Shown here piece after piece: positions 15,201 to 30,200 of a stretch of DNA of 64,000 bases (position 1 is its first letter; each line of letters opens with the position of its first letter). Source of the DNA: Candidatus Omnitrophota bacterium (GTDB taxonomy: Bacteria > Omnitrophota > Gorgyraeia > Gygaellales > Profunditerraquicolaceae); NCBI GenBank assembly GCA_030650425.1, contig JAUSED010000005.1, positions 14,932 to 78,931 of the forward strand. The letters run 5' to 3'. Both the position numbers and the translations under genes were made by a program. The notes under the pieces were generated by a model. It was not told the DNA's origin and ran no database searches. It saw nothing but the letters and a program-made list of their open reading frames with translations.

Positions 15201-18200
15201 TCCCAAGGGGACTAAGTATATAGAAGGGAAAGAAGGCATTCTACCAGTGGCCTATGATAAAGAGCTGAATGTGCCCAAGGCCATTGCTTATAGCCTTGAT
15301 CCGCAAGTAGGCACCAGTTTTATCTATAACTTGAAAGAACTAAAGAATGTGGAGATCATTAAAGAGAATAAAGAGGTTAAATTTAATAATGGTACCTCTA
15401 TTCTCCTTACGCCGGGTACTTCCGTAATTTGGTATTATGATCAGGATGGCAAGACTGCGGTTCCGTTGATCATTGAATATGCCAAGAACAATGAAAACAA
15501 AGGCGCCAGGATTGAGGATAACGAAGGAAACAGCCTGCCTTTTGCCCAGCCGTTTGGCGTAATGGATAGCAAGAAGGAGCCGGATAAAAAAGGCATTCCT
15601 TACGCGGCAAAAGCCACGCAGGAAACCAATATCCAGAATGAATATAAATCTAAGCTCTACAATGAATATATGCTGCAGGTAGTCAGGCTGAATCAACTGC
15701 GCCGGCAGATGGTGGCGTTTAATAAATTGGCAGAAGCAATTAATCGTTTGTCACTGGATCAAGAAAAGGCGCGCAATCTTTTGGATAAACTCTACGGTAT
15801 GGAGTATTGGAAGCAGCAGCTTAATTTAGAAATGCAGATGGCAAAATCTAAGGTGCAGGGAGAGCTGAATAATATCGCCAATGCCAAGTCAGCTTATCAA
15901 AATGAGTTAACCAAGGCTCAAGCGGGAATTGAGAGCGCCAATCAGGAACTGTCAACGGTAAATGCCAAGATTAGCGAAGCTGAACAGCTTTTGGCTAAGG
16001 CGCAAGCCAGCAATAATAAAGAACTGGCTGACTTTTTGCAGCGCATACTAAACGGCGATCTTGAACCGGGCAGCACTAATAAAGGGTTATATAATTCTAA
16101 AACTGTGGCGCAGGCCAATCTTAGCAATGCCCAAGCATATGTGGGTAAGTTAGAGAGTAAGGATGTTAGCGCAAGCGATGTAGTTTTGGATTATGTAACT
16201 GCTCTGCGTAACGAAGTAGGATTAAGCACTATCAGTAATTTTGCTGATGGCGTAGGCAAGGATTGGCAAAAGAATCCGCTGCAGGTGGTAGCCGCGTGGA
16301 AACAATATCAAATCGCAGGGCTTGACCCGAATGAAATTCAAAAAGGCATAGATTATTATAATCAAAAATTAGATTTCCTAAAAAATACTGCCGTAGCGGA
16401 TTTAGATACCAAAACAAGCGGCGCCCAGCAGAATCTGGCGGATTTGACCAAAGAGCAAACTGACTTAAACGGCCCGGCGATTGTGAATAATAACTTTAAT
16501 TCGGCTTCTGTCGCGGGCATCAAGGCGGAAATAGACTTCATTTCCGGCCAGAATCGGGTGGATACCCTGCATTTAGAAGCCCTGGATACCAAGCTTTACT
16601 ACGCTTCCGGAAGACAGCAGGATGTGGCGAAATTAATTCCACAGACGCAAAAATACCTTGAAGACCTTAATGCTAATAAAATAAGCGCGCAGGCAGCAAT
16701 CGCCGGACTGGAAAAGTCCATTCAGGATGCCCAAATTTACAAAGATTACCTCGCGCAAAATCAGCAGGTGGATACGGTATACCTTGATTGGCGGGAAAAA
16801 ATGATCAGCGATACCTGGGGCGCCTTGAACTTGAACAAAGATGCCAAAGCGCTTGTCGCGCAGGCGATGGATAACATTAGCCAATATCAGCGTGAACACC
16901 TCGTAGAAAAAAGAGGGCTTTATGCTCAAAGGGACAGGATTGTTAATTTAGGAGAGAAGATTAAAGGCCTAGCTAAAGAATACAAATTACCTGAGCCGTA
17001 TCTTTTCGGTAAGGATGAGCTGGATAAAGTGCTTAACGCCGCCTATCCTGAAGTTGAATATCTGGCTTTCCAAAATGACGGCGCGGTAGGAAATATGATG
17101 TGGACCAGGGATTTGGTCAGGGCCTTAGGTATCAATTTTGATTTAGGAATGTGGGGTATTCAGGAGGGCAAGAATAATCCGGCTGCCACAGGCTGGTCAG
17201 TGTTAATGGCCAAGGAAGGCGAAACTTGGACTTCCCTAACCAAAGCCGAATTGGTTAAGAGGATACAGACAAAACAAATCGGGCCGGGCGCGTCTGAAGT
17301 TGAAAAAAATACTGAATACCGCGTGGTGCTTCTGGAGAGTTTTGGCATTAATCCTAGCGGCAATCTTACTTTTGTTTACAACGGTTACGCGGACTTAGAC
17401 TTGGATGGCAGCGGCAATATCTACGCCCATAATCTTAACCTGCGCAACGAGTTTGGCAAAGACAAGCAGTTTTTTGGCGAGCTCAAAGCGAGTATGGTTT
17501 CACTCTCTAAATCCGGCACGGAGTTATTATATTGGAAAGACCAGCAGGAGATTAAACATATTCCGGCAGCGATTGATGTAGCGGAAAAATATTACGCGGT
17601 GGATTTGAACTTTGGTTATGAAAAGGATGGTAAAGGGATTAATTTCTTCGTGCGCTGGATTCAGGACACCTCGGATTATTTCGGATTTAATGAAATCTTG
17701 CCCGGCATTGGCGCAAAATATTCTTTCGGTAAAGTGGTAGGTTTACAGGGAGAGGCTACACCGAAGACTATAAGGATTAACACCTCAGTCAAGCTGCCTA
17801 AAGATGCTACGCTTGATTTTGGTTGGAAAAACGATAATCTCTACCATAAGAATTATTATAGCGCCAGCCTTGAGATTCCGCTTCCGGTTTTCAGGCAGAT
17901 GAAAGTGCGGATGGAGGCTAATCTCGGCGAAAAAGGGAGCAGTTTTTACGGCCTTAAGGTTGGGCCAATTTATAAAGTGGATAAGAAAGGCCAAGAGAAA
18001 AAGGCATTCCCGATTAATCCGGAAAATAAGCCACAGTTGATTGAGAACGTGAACGCCTGGATGGCCAAAACTACGCTTAAGCCGGCAAAATCCGCTGAAT
18101 ATCCTCAAGCGCCTAAAAATTTCCTGAACCAGACGATGGTTATAAACGGTAAAGAATTTACGGTAATTTATTCGCCTGAAGGCGCCTATGTTTACAGTAT

Positions 18201-21200
18201 GATGATGTTAGATTGGGGCGCGAAATATTCTCGGGATAAAGAGCCGGTAAAATTAAGCGAAGAAGAATTTTATACCGCGCGCAGGCTGAAAGACATTGTG
18301 GAGAAGGTTTCCGAAGACAAATTGAATCAGGCCGGGATCTATAAGGAAGTTAAGAGTAGGGAAGAATTTTATTATACCTTAATCAAAGGCCAGAAGGTTT
18401 ACCTGAATGCCAGATTTGTAAAGGGTAAGATGGTTGCGGATAGGGATGCAATGGAGATGCTTATCCTGCTTAAGGCGGATACCTTTGAAGTAGTTGACTT
18501 AGGCAAAGAAGCCTTGGATTTAGTAACCAAGATGCGCCGAGAAACCGGAGTTCTCTACGCGGATAAGATGCATATACTCAATAATACGGAGTTGCAGGAG
18601 ATTATCAATGGGGGATATTTGTATGGAGTTAAAAATAAGGAGAATAAGGTTGTCCTGAAGGCAAAAGGATATCAGGGAATGGAAGGGGTCTTGGAGCTGG
18701 GGATTGGCGGCGTATCTATCTTAAGGGATGTTGTCAAGTCTTCGTATGTCCGTTTAACCCGCGAAGACGGCCAGACGCGTTTTATTAAAGCTAATAAAGA
18801 ATTGCCTTATACCATTAAGGCTGAATTAATCCACGATAGCCGGGCGCCTCCGGAAACCACCTCTGGATTTACTTTAAGAGAGCTTACTCCTGCCGAAGTT
18901 AAGAGCCGCAAATTTGCTGTGGTTGACGCGATTTTCACCGAATCCGGAAAGCATTATTTAGTTGATTATCTGCCCTATCAAGCCGAAGAAGAATTAGGAA
19001 AACCTGCCGTATATTTGCATTCAGAATTAATTACTATTCCCGTCTCCGGGCGAGATTTAAGAAAAGGCGAGATTAACATTCCTGATTTTGCCAAGATGAG
19101 GCCAGCCAAGAAAGATGAGCTTAGGTGGGAATATAACCCTCTGCTTGGCGAAAAGGTAAAGATTAAGATCTCCGGCCAAGAGAATGCCGCTACTCTGTCA
19201 ATAAAGAAAGACGGCAAGGAGCATATTGTTTCTTATTCGCCTGAAGTCGAGGCGTTCTTTGATTGGGTAAATACTTATAATTACGCCTATCAAAACATCC
19301 CGCAAAAAGGGATCAAGGTTTACTTTAGCAAAGAGGAAATGCCTACCAGCTGGTATCCTGAGAAAATTGACCAAACGCTGATTGTCGGCAAGCCGCAATA
19401 TTTTAGCGATGACAAAAAATACGGAGAGGCAATTGTTAAGATTGCTTCCCTTTACGGCTATAAAGAGGCCAAGGCATTTGAAAAAGAATATCAAGGCGCT
19501 GTATTTGATTTAAGGACCAATGGCTTGGTGGTTTATACTGACAAAGGCCGCGATGCCGTATATATCATCCGCTATCAGGATGACCAGGAGAGGATAGTTA
19601 CTGAAGCCATCAAGTCCTTTAAAGTAGGCCAGAAATCTGAGCCGCTGACGGTTGCGCAGGAAACAATTCCTTACATCATCGCCTTAAATAATTTTAAGGA
19701 TGGTAAAGAAACCGATGCTAATACTATCTTTACTAAGGTGAAGTTGGAAGATTTACGCCGCCTTGATAATTACGAGCAATTCAAACAGCTAATATTAAAG
19801 AACCAAACAATGGTTACTGCACACTCGAAAAGCATTACCCCTCAAGAAATCCCATACCAGCAGATTAATAAGATCATCGAAAAATTTGCAAGCTTAGGAT
19901 ACAAGGCTCTTAACCGGGACAAAACTCCCTACAGGGCAGATAGTTTAAAGAAATTAGTTAAGATAGCCAACCTTAATCCTGACGGAAAACCGCGGAGCTT
20001 TGAGTATCAAGGTTTTGGCGACTCTAGCCTTCCCCGTATCAAGGTAATTGAAGGCAAGGTTCTGGCCTTTGGCGAGTATGAAATAGAAGGCCGTTTCGCC
20101 GATATCGTCTTTGACTACCAAGGCAAAAAACTAAGCCTGCGTTTTGATTTGGATAAACAATCGGATGAACCTATAGCCGTATCGTTCTTCATTGATAACC
20201 AGAGGACTTTAGTTATAGACCTTTATAAAGAGCTGTTATTTATAGATGTAAGAAACAAAGATCAGGGTTACTGGACAATGCGCCAGCACCTGAGAAAGAA
20301 CGGAATATTTGATAGTAAGTGGAATGAGATAATAGACAATATCAGCCATATTTTTGCTTATAAAATAGATAGGGAAGAGAGCTTTACTTATGATGGCCAT
20401 CCAGCTTACCATCCTTCTTTATTGAAAGCATTGGAGATACCTTCTATTACTAAAACTACTTATTTAAAGTATAACGGTGAAACTAAACCGATTGAAATCG
20501 GGTTGGGTAGATTGGTTACAATAGATTCTGAAAAAGGGCTTATACAGTCAGAAAGCATAGTACACATTTATAATAAACTTAATCAATTCTTGGGAGATGT
20601 TACTTATGTCGCGTATAGGGATTTCAAGGGTAATGTGAGAATCCAGACTTGGGAAGGCATAGTAAATGGAGAAAAAATTGATGTTGCAACTTATGTAATT
20701 GATTATGATAAATATGGCTTAGGTTACGATTCTTTCACTATTATCAATAACGAAATAAATTCTTACACCAAACATGTTGGTAAGGATAGGGATACCGGTT
20801 TATTCTTTTTCTTAACCTTGGAAGGAGTCTTCTCTCAAGTTCCCGGTTTACAGGCTGTCGCCATAAATAATTACGAATTACTTAGAGAAAAATTAAAAAA
20901 TAAGGATGCTAAGATATTCCCTAAAGGTTTGAGGAGTGTCAGTCTTGCTGGTAAGACCGGAGAAGGTAAGATGTCTAGGGTTCTGGAAGGGTTTGATGAG
21001 TCTAAGTCTGCCAGTTTGTTATCCGGAAAGGCTAACGGTGAATTATTCAAAAAAGACAATCTCTCCAGCCTATTTGATACTATTACCTTTATTGAGCATG
21101 TTCAGACAATTAATAGCGCTTATGAAGCAGGCCCGTTAAACTTAGGGTATGGACAGAAGGGCAAGGCGTACCGTTATAAAGGAAGTTTCCGAGAATCGGA

Positions 21201-24200
21201 TTACAAAAGAGCTAAGCTGATAAGCGAAAGCGATCTTTTCGACATTAGCGATGATCTGCTCTTTATCTATAATATTAATGATAGCCGTGTGGATAAGAAG
21301 AGCCTGAAACAAAAAGCGCTTCATCCCATAGGGTTGTTAGTCTGGGAGTTTTATAAAGACCAGACACTCTTTGGCCTAGAGCGTTGGGGGAAAGATCCGG
21401 TCAGAAAAGTTTATTATGATTCCGTACATCAGGTTGCCAGAGAGACATTCAGGGTTAATGGCGATAAGCTTGAGCCTTTATACAAGCATGTAGTGGTATT
21501 TATGGAAGACCTTCCGGGTTTCTATTGGGTTGGGGATATAGACGTATCTAACGGCTGGACGGATAAAGTAAATAAGGCTTTTGATAATACCATTGTCAAT
21601 GGGCCAAAGGTCAAACATTTAACCAGCCGCAGCATTTTCAATGACAAAAAAGAATTATTGGAGGTATTGGCCAGAGAGGAGCTTATCGAAAATAACAATT
21701 CTGACTATATATTCTGGAATATTAATAGTGCAAAAGAATTGGAGTCGCGTTTGTCAAATACTGGAATCAATGATTCAGATAAGCAACAGATAATGGATAT
21801 ATATGGCCATTCTTTGTTATCGGTTTCGCTGATGAATTCTAAAGATGCGAAAGAACTCTTGTTAAATCGCAGGGGACTGCTTTTCTATTTAGATAAACAG
21901 AAAGAAGAGAGGAAGGATCAGTGGAGGAAAGAGTATAAGATTCAAGCATCTGATCTTTGGGGCGAGTTTAAAGAGTATATAGTCAATGTAGGAAGATTAA
22001 CAGGAGTTAACAGTTTCTTCCCGGTTCATAGCACAGATATGAGCTTTGGCAAGGCATTGGCTATTTTAGCCCTTTTGATAGCGGGGAGTATATTATTAGG
22101 CATAAAACTTGCAAAGTTAAACGTATGGGCAGCAAGGGGATTGAGAATATTATTATGGTTTGGCGCTATTTTTACCATAGGCGCGATATTCGGCCCATTT
22201 AAAGCATTAGTGAGCTTGGCAGTATTGAGTTTGGGAGTAACGTTAATCCGTTTACTTATGTTCCCGCTCTTGCGGCTTTTAGTGAACGTATTCATCTTGG
22301 CATATGTAGCATTTGGTAAGAGGGTAATTCGATTTAAAGGTAATTCGTTAAAAGATGAAGCTCTTTATGTGATAGGCAAGGTCTTGAGGTTTATTGTGTA
22401 TCTGCCTATCACCTTACCATTTATACTTATCGGTCGCGTTTCAAAACTGTTAGTTGTAGCAGTACATAAGAAAATAGGAGCAATAGAAAATTATAAATAT
22501 GAAGGCTCTGAGCCTAAAATTATTGAAGAGCTTATCGCGCGCTTCCCGGCATTTTCTTACGCTAAACTATTCCTCCACTATTTAGAAAGATTATTAGAGA
22601 GAGATCTAAATGGCCTCAAAAATGAGTTCTATGGCGAGAAAAGCAAAGAAAACAAGAAGAGAGAAGCAATTGAAAAAAGAGAGGCTTCCCTGAGGGATGA
22701 GCTGCCGAAGCAGCACGTAGAAGATCTAGATAAGGAATTAAAGATTCAATTGATCCTAAGGCCGATTGTTGAGTTGTTCCAAATCGTGCTTAAGGATGAA
22801 GGTGATCGCTACGAGCGTTACGTTTCAGGAAAAGAAAGACGCGAAAAAGAGAGCATCCCTCTAGTAATGAGTTTCTTCAAGGACTTTATTGAGTACTACC
22901 TAAGGGATCAAGGTGCAGGAATAAATGTAGGCAATCCTCTAGATATTGCTGGAGCAAAAGATCTTCTTTGGAAGATAGCCGAATATCCTGCGGATGAGTC
23001 TCGCGCAGAGGAATCCAAAAAAATAGCGCAAAGAATAATGAAATATCTGCAAGGGAAATACGAAGGCAACGCGTTATATCTGCCGCAGTATCCTTATGGG
23101 AAGATTCGCGGCTACTTGTTACTGCACTATAGATTCGCCAAGTATATGTTTGACGCGGTAGCTCTTTCAAATGGACTCGATAAAAAACTTGATGAGCTAG
23201 AGAAGAATCCAACAACAAAGGAATGGGCTAAGAAACGCAAGGAAGAAATAGCGGTTAAACGCACCTTTATGGCAGTGATGTTTGCGACTTGGATTGGCTT
23301 TAATATTGCGCTCGGAGTGATAAGCCTTTTCTATGTCTATAACCTATTGCCTCTTTTGGCCCTGCCTTTTGGGTTATTGCTTTTTATAATGAATATGCGT
23401 TCGTCGTTGCGCACCTTCTGGTACCTATACTTAGAGGCCATTGCCACATTAGAGGATAAGGCCGCTTATAATGATTACAATAAGCTGCGTAAGTCCGCAT
23501 TAGAGCAAGTCATTTCCGATGATTACCTCAAGTATGCTTATGAAAATTTACTAATAAAAGAGACTTTAGAGCAATACGGCCTTGCCAGTGAAGAGGCAAT
23601 TAAGAAAATGCTAGATGAGCATAAAAAGGGCAATATCCTTTTGCCTGAGAAGGACGTTTCTATTCGTGGAAAACGAGTGATTATATATTTCTTCAATATG
23701 GCACAATTATACAAGGAAGGGCAGAAAGAAGGAAAGAAAGAATATATTGATATAAGTAAGTTGAAGTTCTTAACTATGCATATATCAGCTTATACAGATA
23801 ATGTGTTGCCGACTTCGGAAGTTTTGGATGGAGATGATCTGTCTAATCCTGTCGGTTCAGGCCGGGTGAGAGCGGTAAAATCGACATTCATAATGCTCAA
23901 AGAAAGTTTTTACGAAGAATGGATATTTTTTGTAGCCAAAAAATTTAAAGGACTTAGTATTGAAGATAAGGAGGTTATATTAAATCCAAAAACATCATTT
24001 AAAAATACTGTCAAGATATTATTAAAGGTTAATCCCGGTAAAAAAGAGAAAGAAATTAGAGAAGATATTATTAATAACTGGGTGGCTTACAGAGGAACAT
24101 ATCTTTACAATACCACAAAAACTATAGAGCACTCTGCGATCCCTGCGTATAAGCTTTTATTTATGAATAAATTAAGTAACTTTGTTACTCTCAAGGATGC

Positions 24201-27200
24201 CGAAAAAAGGATTATTATAAATTGGTTCAGCAGCTATTTTGCTACAGTAGTGAAAAGAATTGAAGATTTAAGCAAGGAGGAAGACGAGCTCAATAAAGCA
24301 ATGATAAGAAAAGAAGAAGAATCTAAAAAAGAGAAAGTAGCAGATAAAATCAATAGAATCAGTAAAGAAATTGAGGTAATAAAAGAAGAGCTTAAAAAAG
24401 TGCAAAGCGAAAAGGCAAAACTTGATGAATACAGAAAGAGACTAGAGAGTATCCAAACCTCCGGTAAATATCAAGTATTGATTAGTGAATGGGAATCCGA
24501 TAGTGAAGCTGGCAAGAAATTTAATGAGAAGATGCAGAATGAGATAATTGAAGACCTAATCTCTAATTATTTACGTATACTATTAATTTATAATTTTGAT
24601 ATGAACAGCCAGAAAAGGGATATTGACAATGAAAATATCTACAAAGAATTCTACAATAAGGGTTGGACAGTGAATAAAAAATCATTGCGGACCATTGCTG
24701 CTGCCACTGATGAATCTTCCCGATTTTACGATAGCAAGGTTCAGGCTTGGGCATTTGCCCGTCCGTATCTAGGCCCGCAAGAAAATAGCGGGGTTCTGGG
24801 AGCTGAAGGTTTACAAACTCCGGGGGTATTATTTTCAACTGACTGGTCGCATTTAGCCTTTCCCGCTAATTTCTTCCTGCTTCCTTATGATACTTACGAA
24901 TTCACTAAAGATCATAAATTGGGTATTCTTCTGGATAAATTATTAATAGGCGATGAAAATATTACTTCGGCTAATGAATGCGCCAAGGTTTCTGAAGATT
25001 CCTGGAATACCAGAGTTATTCCGCCAAAATCTGTGACTAATACTCCGAGTTATTATGGTAAAGGTATGATGCTGGTTGACGCACTGGATGCGGTTTATGA
25101 ATCTAAGATTGAAGATACGGCCTCAGGTAATGAAATCTTAAAACAGGGGTATGCCAGTCGTTACAGCCCGAGGACAATACTTTATCAGGCTAGAGAAAAG
25201 GTGTATGGAGCATTCCCGGCTTTCTTTGGCAGGTTTGGCGCTCCCATTGCCGATGATTTTTTATCTGTACGTTTCCAGAAATTTATTCGCTCGCCAGATT
25301 TGGATTGGTCAGAAAAAGCAGGGATTATCCTTGACTATGATTATTATCTTCATAAACCATGGATTCTAATGTTGAATTTTACCATTTATGTACTTGGTTT
25401 TTATCTTATGTGGAATGTATTCAGCTACTTGGCGCTTCCGCTTATTGCAGTGGTCTTGGGACAGATATTCTCCCAGTCTATTACCGGCTCTTCCGCCGGA
25501 TACTTTATCAGGGAAAGAGGATGGTTTAAAGGCTGGTCGTATCATATAGATTTATTCTTTAGGATGATATTTGTATTTGTTCCTTTTATACCGTTACTCT
25601 CCAATAAGATATTTCAGGCGTTAGAGGGACTATCTGGGGTCTTTACCCGCGGGCTCAAAAGTACGGATTGGGCAAAGGTTCCTTTTAGCGACCTGTTTCA
25701 GGTGTTTAGGCGAGGTATCATAATAGGGTTTTGGTTGGGATTGATATTTATTGTCTCGCCATATCATCCCTATGGCATTCTTGCTCCAGTGTTTTTCTTT
25801 TTCTTCCCGCTAGCTTTTATTATCGGCCCGTTTTTGAACAATGGTTCATACTGGGCTAGCCTTTGGCAAATTATATCCGTTATTCCCTATCTATTATTTG
25901 ATTGGGTGGTGAAGTTTACAGAAGAAAAGGCGTTAGTAAGGGCATTGAATAAAAATTGGGGGCAACTTAAAACTAAGATTAACGCGGATAAGGACCTTAC
26001 GGAAAAATCAAAAGAAATAATTATAAAGACTGTAGAAAATATTTTCCTCTATAAATTAATCTCTGATATTAAAGATAGAAGTAAGATAAATCTGGTTTGG
26101 GAGAGGTTTGATTCATTAATCCCAAGGATAAATATTACCAAAGATGGAAAGCTGCATAAGTTACTGTCTTTAGAAAACAAAGATTCAGAAAATAAGGATT
26201 CGAAACGAAAGATATATCCTTTTTTAAAGAGTTATATAGTTATAAATTCTGCAGGCGATCAAAATATAGGCGCCAAGAAGAAAAGAATATTGCAATGGAA
26301 TTTTAAGACTATACGGACCAAGAAGAATAATATTTCTGAAGAACTCGATAAGTATGTTGAGGGCTTATGGTTGAGAGAAATATTAAAACATTTACAAGAC
26401 ACAGGAAAGAGTATTAAGGAATTGACTGGAATAGCCGTTGAAGATTATCAGGTTTTTATTTTTGATATAGACGGAACGGTATCGAATAAAGTATCCTTGG
26501 ATGTCAGCCCTAATGCTGAAACTATTGAGCAGTTGTTACTGCTCAATAAGACGGTAGTGATAGTCTCTTTTGCCGGAATCGAAAAGCAGATACAACGCAC
26601 GTATGTTCCTTTAAAACGCTCATTAGAAAGAAAATACCGGGCTGATGTGCTGAAGAATTTCTTTATCTATTCCTGCGGAGCTGGAGCGCTTGCTACGTAT
26701 GACGCTAAAGTCAAACTTATAGATGACAGGGGCGAAAATACCCCCGGGTGGCTGGTCGCGGATAAAGAGTTTACTTTTAATAATGTTTTTGGAAAGACTA
26801 GCGCTAAGATAATTGGAGATATAGCGCAAGGGTTGTTGGATTATATGTATGAATCTGGCGCTAAACAAAGTATTTTTAGTGATGATGTGCTAGCTAAAGA
26901 TAGGGCTTGGGATACTGACAACGCTAATAAAAAAGTTGATCGGCGCGGAATTACATTACTGCTTCCTAAGGGCGAAAAAGCCGGTGATTATTATGAGAAG
27001 GCTAAACCACGGACAGTATCCCAGCTTGCATTTTACGCTCCTCCGGATTTAAGGTTGATGCTTTTAATGAAGATGAGGCTGTTAGTTAAGAAAGCAATTG
27101 GTTTAAAGTTAGAAGAGGTTAGGAAAGAGCTTAGAAGCCTTTTAGGTACTCAATCTGAAAAAGTTCTGCAGAAAATAGGCGGCGATAAGGAACTAATCAG

Positions 27201-30200
27201 AAATTTGGTTTTATGGGAATATTATAAGGCCATAAAGTCGGAGGATGATACAGAAGGATTGTTTAAGTTCGCAGAAGCAAAGATTACTGATAGCCTTGGT
27301 GCTTTGGTGGATAACGAGAATAAGGCAAAGATTATGGATCTTTTAGCTGCTTATGCGGATATTTCCCGTCCAATTGATGTCAGGGAAGGTGGCCAGGTCG
27401 ATAAAGGAAATACCGTAGAGGTCACTCTTATTACAAAAGGTGGAAAACTAAACGCGTTGGAGAATGCCGTTAAAAGATTGGCTAATAAAGAAATGGAAGG
27501 TATGTCCGGAGAGGAAAAGAAGAGGCAAAAAGAAGCAATTATCAAGAGAATAGGCAGTCACGCAATGTATTTTGGCGATGAATGGTGGCTTCCCGAAGAT
27601 CCAATCAAGGTAACATTAAATCCGAAAATTGACTATAAGCGAGTATTTGATCTTAATACATGGGAAATGACGCCGGAAGAAAAGTTTATTTATGAAAGCT
27701 GGTTTCTTGGCGACATAATCAAGGATGATAGAAAACTTACTGAGGTAGTCAAGCAGAGGGCTAAGGATACTGGCGAAGTCAGAGAAGGCGAATTGGCGGG
27801 AGATAAGATAAAAGAAAGAGTTGAGCTTATAAAAGGTAATCCTGCTAAATATTATTTTAGCCTTGACCAGAGCGGAAGTTTCATTTATGAAAATAAGCTT
27901 TATTGGCGCGGAGAAGGTAATGATGTTTCAACAGTATTCCATCCTGATGCTTTGAAGGTATGCGTAACAACCACAGATAGAATACCGCAAATTTCTAATA
28001 CGATAATGAAGGCAGTGGGTATAGGTAAAAAAGAGAAAGGGAAAGGCTATATCGTTTTAGACAAGCCGGAAGAGCTTAGCGCGGATTATCATGGAGTAAA
28101 GAAGATCAATACTCTAGCTTTTAAAAATGCAGGGGGGGATGGTTATTCTTATAAATTTGTCTGGATGCCGCAAGGTGATCCTGACGCTACCGCCAGATGG
28201 CTGACTAAGTGTATAAATGAAACAATACTGGAGCAAAAAGTTTCATCATCTTCCGCGTTAAGCTTAGGAAAATTGTTTATAGCGGCAGCCGTTCCAATGT
28301 TTGCTTTTTCAGCTTGTGCCCAGAGCGCAGTACAATCACCGTTAGTTACACAAATCTTTAACTCGATTTTAGATAATCCGTATATCAGCATTATTATAAT
28401 CGCAGCGTTGTCAGGAATATGGATTTATCTTAGAATAACTCGGGTACTAAGATTGATTAGGAAATTAACCAATTCAGAATCCGTTATCCGCCAATCCGCC
28501 TATGATGCTTTAGAAAAACTAGGTGCATTAACAACAGATTTAGAAATCAGTAAATATTCTGTAGATTTAAATATTAATAATATTGATATCACTGCAATCA
28601 ATGCCTTGAGTAAACTTAATGCCTTAACTACTGAACAACAAGAAAAGGCAGTCACATCTTTAAGGAATATGTTAAGTATTGCAAATGAAGAGATCCTATC
28701 TATTCCCCAATTTATCATTACTCATTATGCCGGAGAATCTTATAATCCTATTCCTTGGGAAAAGCCGAGAGGATATGAGATTGATGGTTATGAGGAAGAA
28801 ATTTTAACAGAGGAGAGGGTAGAAGAGAATTATGACTATTTTATAATTAATAGTCGCATAAATAGATTAGAAAAAGAAATTAAAGAAATAGAAAATCTTA
28901 AAACTTGCGATAGGGTTTTACTTCAAACTTCAAAGAATAGTTTTAGTGAACTAGAACAATTCTTAGCCGAAGCCCAAGCTCAAGGCAGAACAGTTTCAGC
29001 TAAGGCTTTAGCCGAGGAAATTGAGCGTAGGAATAAAGAGGGTCAGGAAAAGGAACAGAGGGAAAGAAAATTCGCTGAGTTGACCTCAGCAATGCAAGAA
29101 AAAGAAAAGATTATCGCTGAACTCAAAATCAGGGCAGTCGAGCTAGAAGCTAAACTCAATGAAAGCCGCCAACAGGAATCTAACGTAACCAGTGATTTAA
29201 ACCAAGCTCAAACCGAGAAAGCAAAAATTGAAGCTGCAATAACTGAGTTAACTGAAGATATGGCCGGGGCTACCCTAGCGAAAAGAAATATAACAGTCAA
29301 CGTTCTATCCGCTGCTCTTAATCAGAATCAGCAATCACTTCAACCATTGGTCCAGAAAGCTCAGGAATTAGAGAATCTAAAAATTACTTCAGCCAAACAG
29401 ACAGAAGTAATAGAAACAAACCTTTCCTTAATTCAACAAAACTTATCTACTGTTAAAAGAGAATTAGCAGCTCTTGATAAAGTGATGAGTGATTTACGAT
29501 CTTCCAGCCCTATCCAAACCGGTGCATTGGTTGGGACGAGGTTTGAGCAACAGGTTGCCCGGTTGATGGGCGTGGGGTCCCTTAGCGAAACCCTACGCGG
29601 TATTGATATTAGAACTAAGGAAGAATTGGCTAACGGGGCTATAGGGCAGATTAACTCGTTCTTAGCGGCAAAAGGCCTTTCCCTAGATATCATTACTCAG
29701 GAGCAATTTAACCAATTTTTTGGAGTGCGGCCCATAGTAATGGCTGCGGGTAATGCCACTAGATTCTCAAGGTTTATCCATAAGTGCCTTGCCTTCGCAG
29801 GGTTAGACCAGACTAATATCGCTAATGCCATCAAAGGCGCCTATACTTCTCCTGAAATTCTGCCGGTTGTAGCTGTCTCAGAAAAAATCTTTGGGATGTT
29901 GGTTAAAGATGAATATTTGAACGGTTATAATACCAGTAATTTTCACTATACTGTCAACGAAGATATTAAAAAAGAATATATCGTTGAACGCGCCTTGGGG
30001 AATAGCGAAAAAATCACCGGCAGATTAATATTACCTGATAATGAGATCATTGATCAGGGGAAAATGCTTAAGCTTTTCGGACAAGAGGCCATTCTGGCCT
30101 TAGCGAATTCCAAAGGCCATGGGGATGCTTTCATTATGATTGCTCAAAAACTTAAGGAAGTCGGTCTGCTTGCGCAGGTTGCCTATCTGCAGGTAGCTTT

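Noticed and set aside
19900-21700. RHS/YD-repeat-like strands (YDKYG, YYDSVHQV)
   Set aside because: Too sparse and irregular to call by eye
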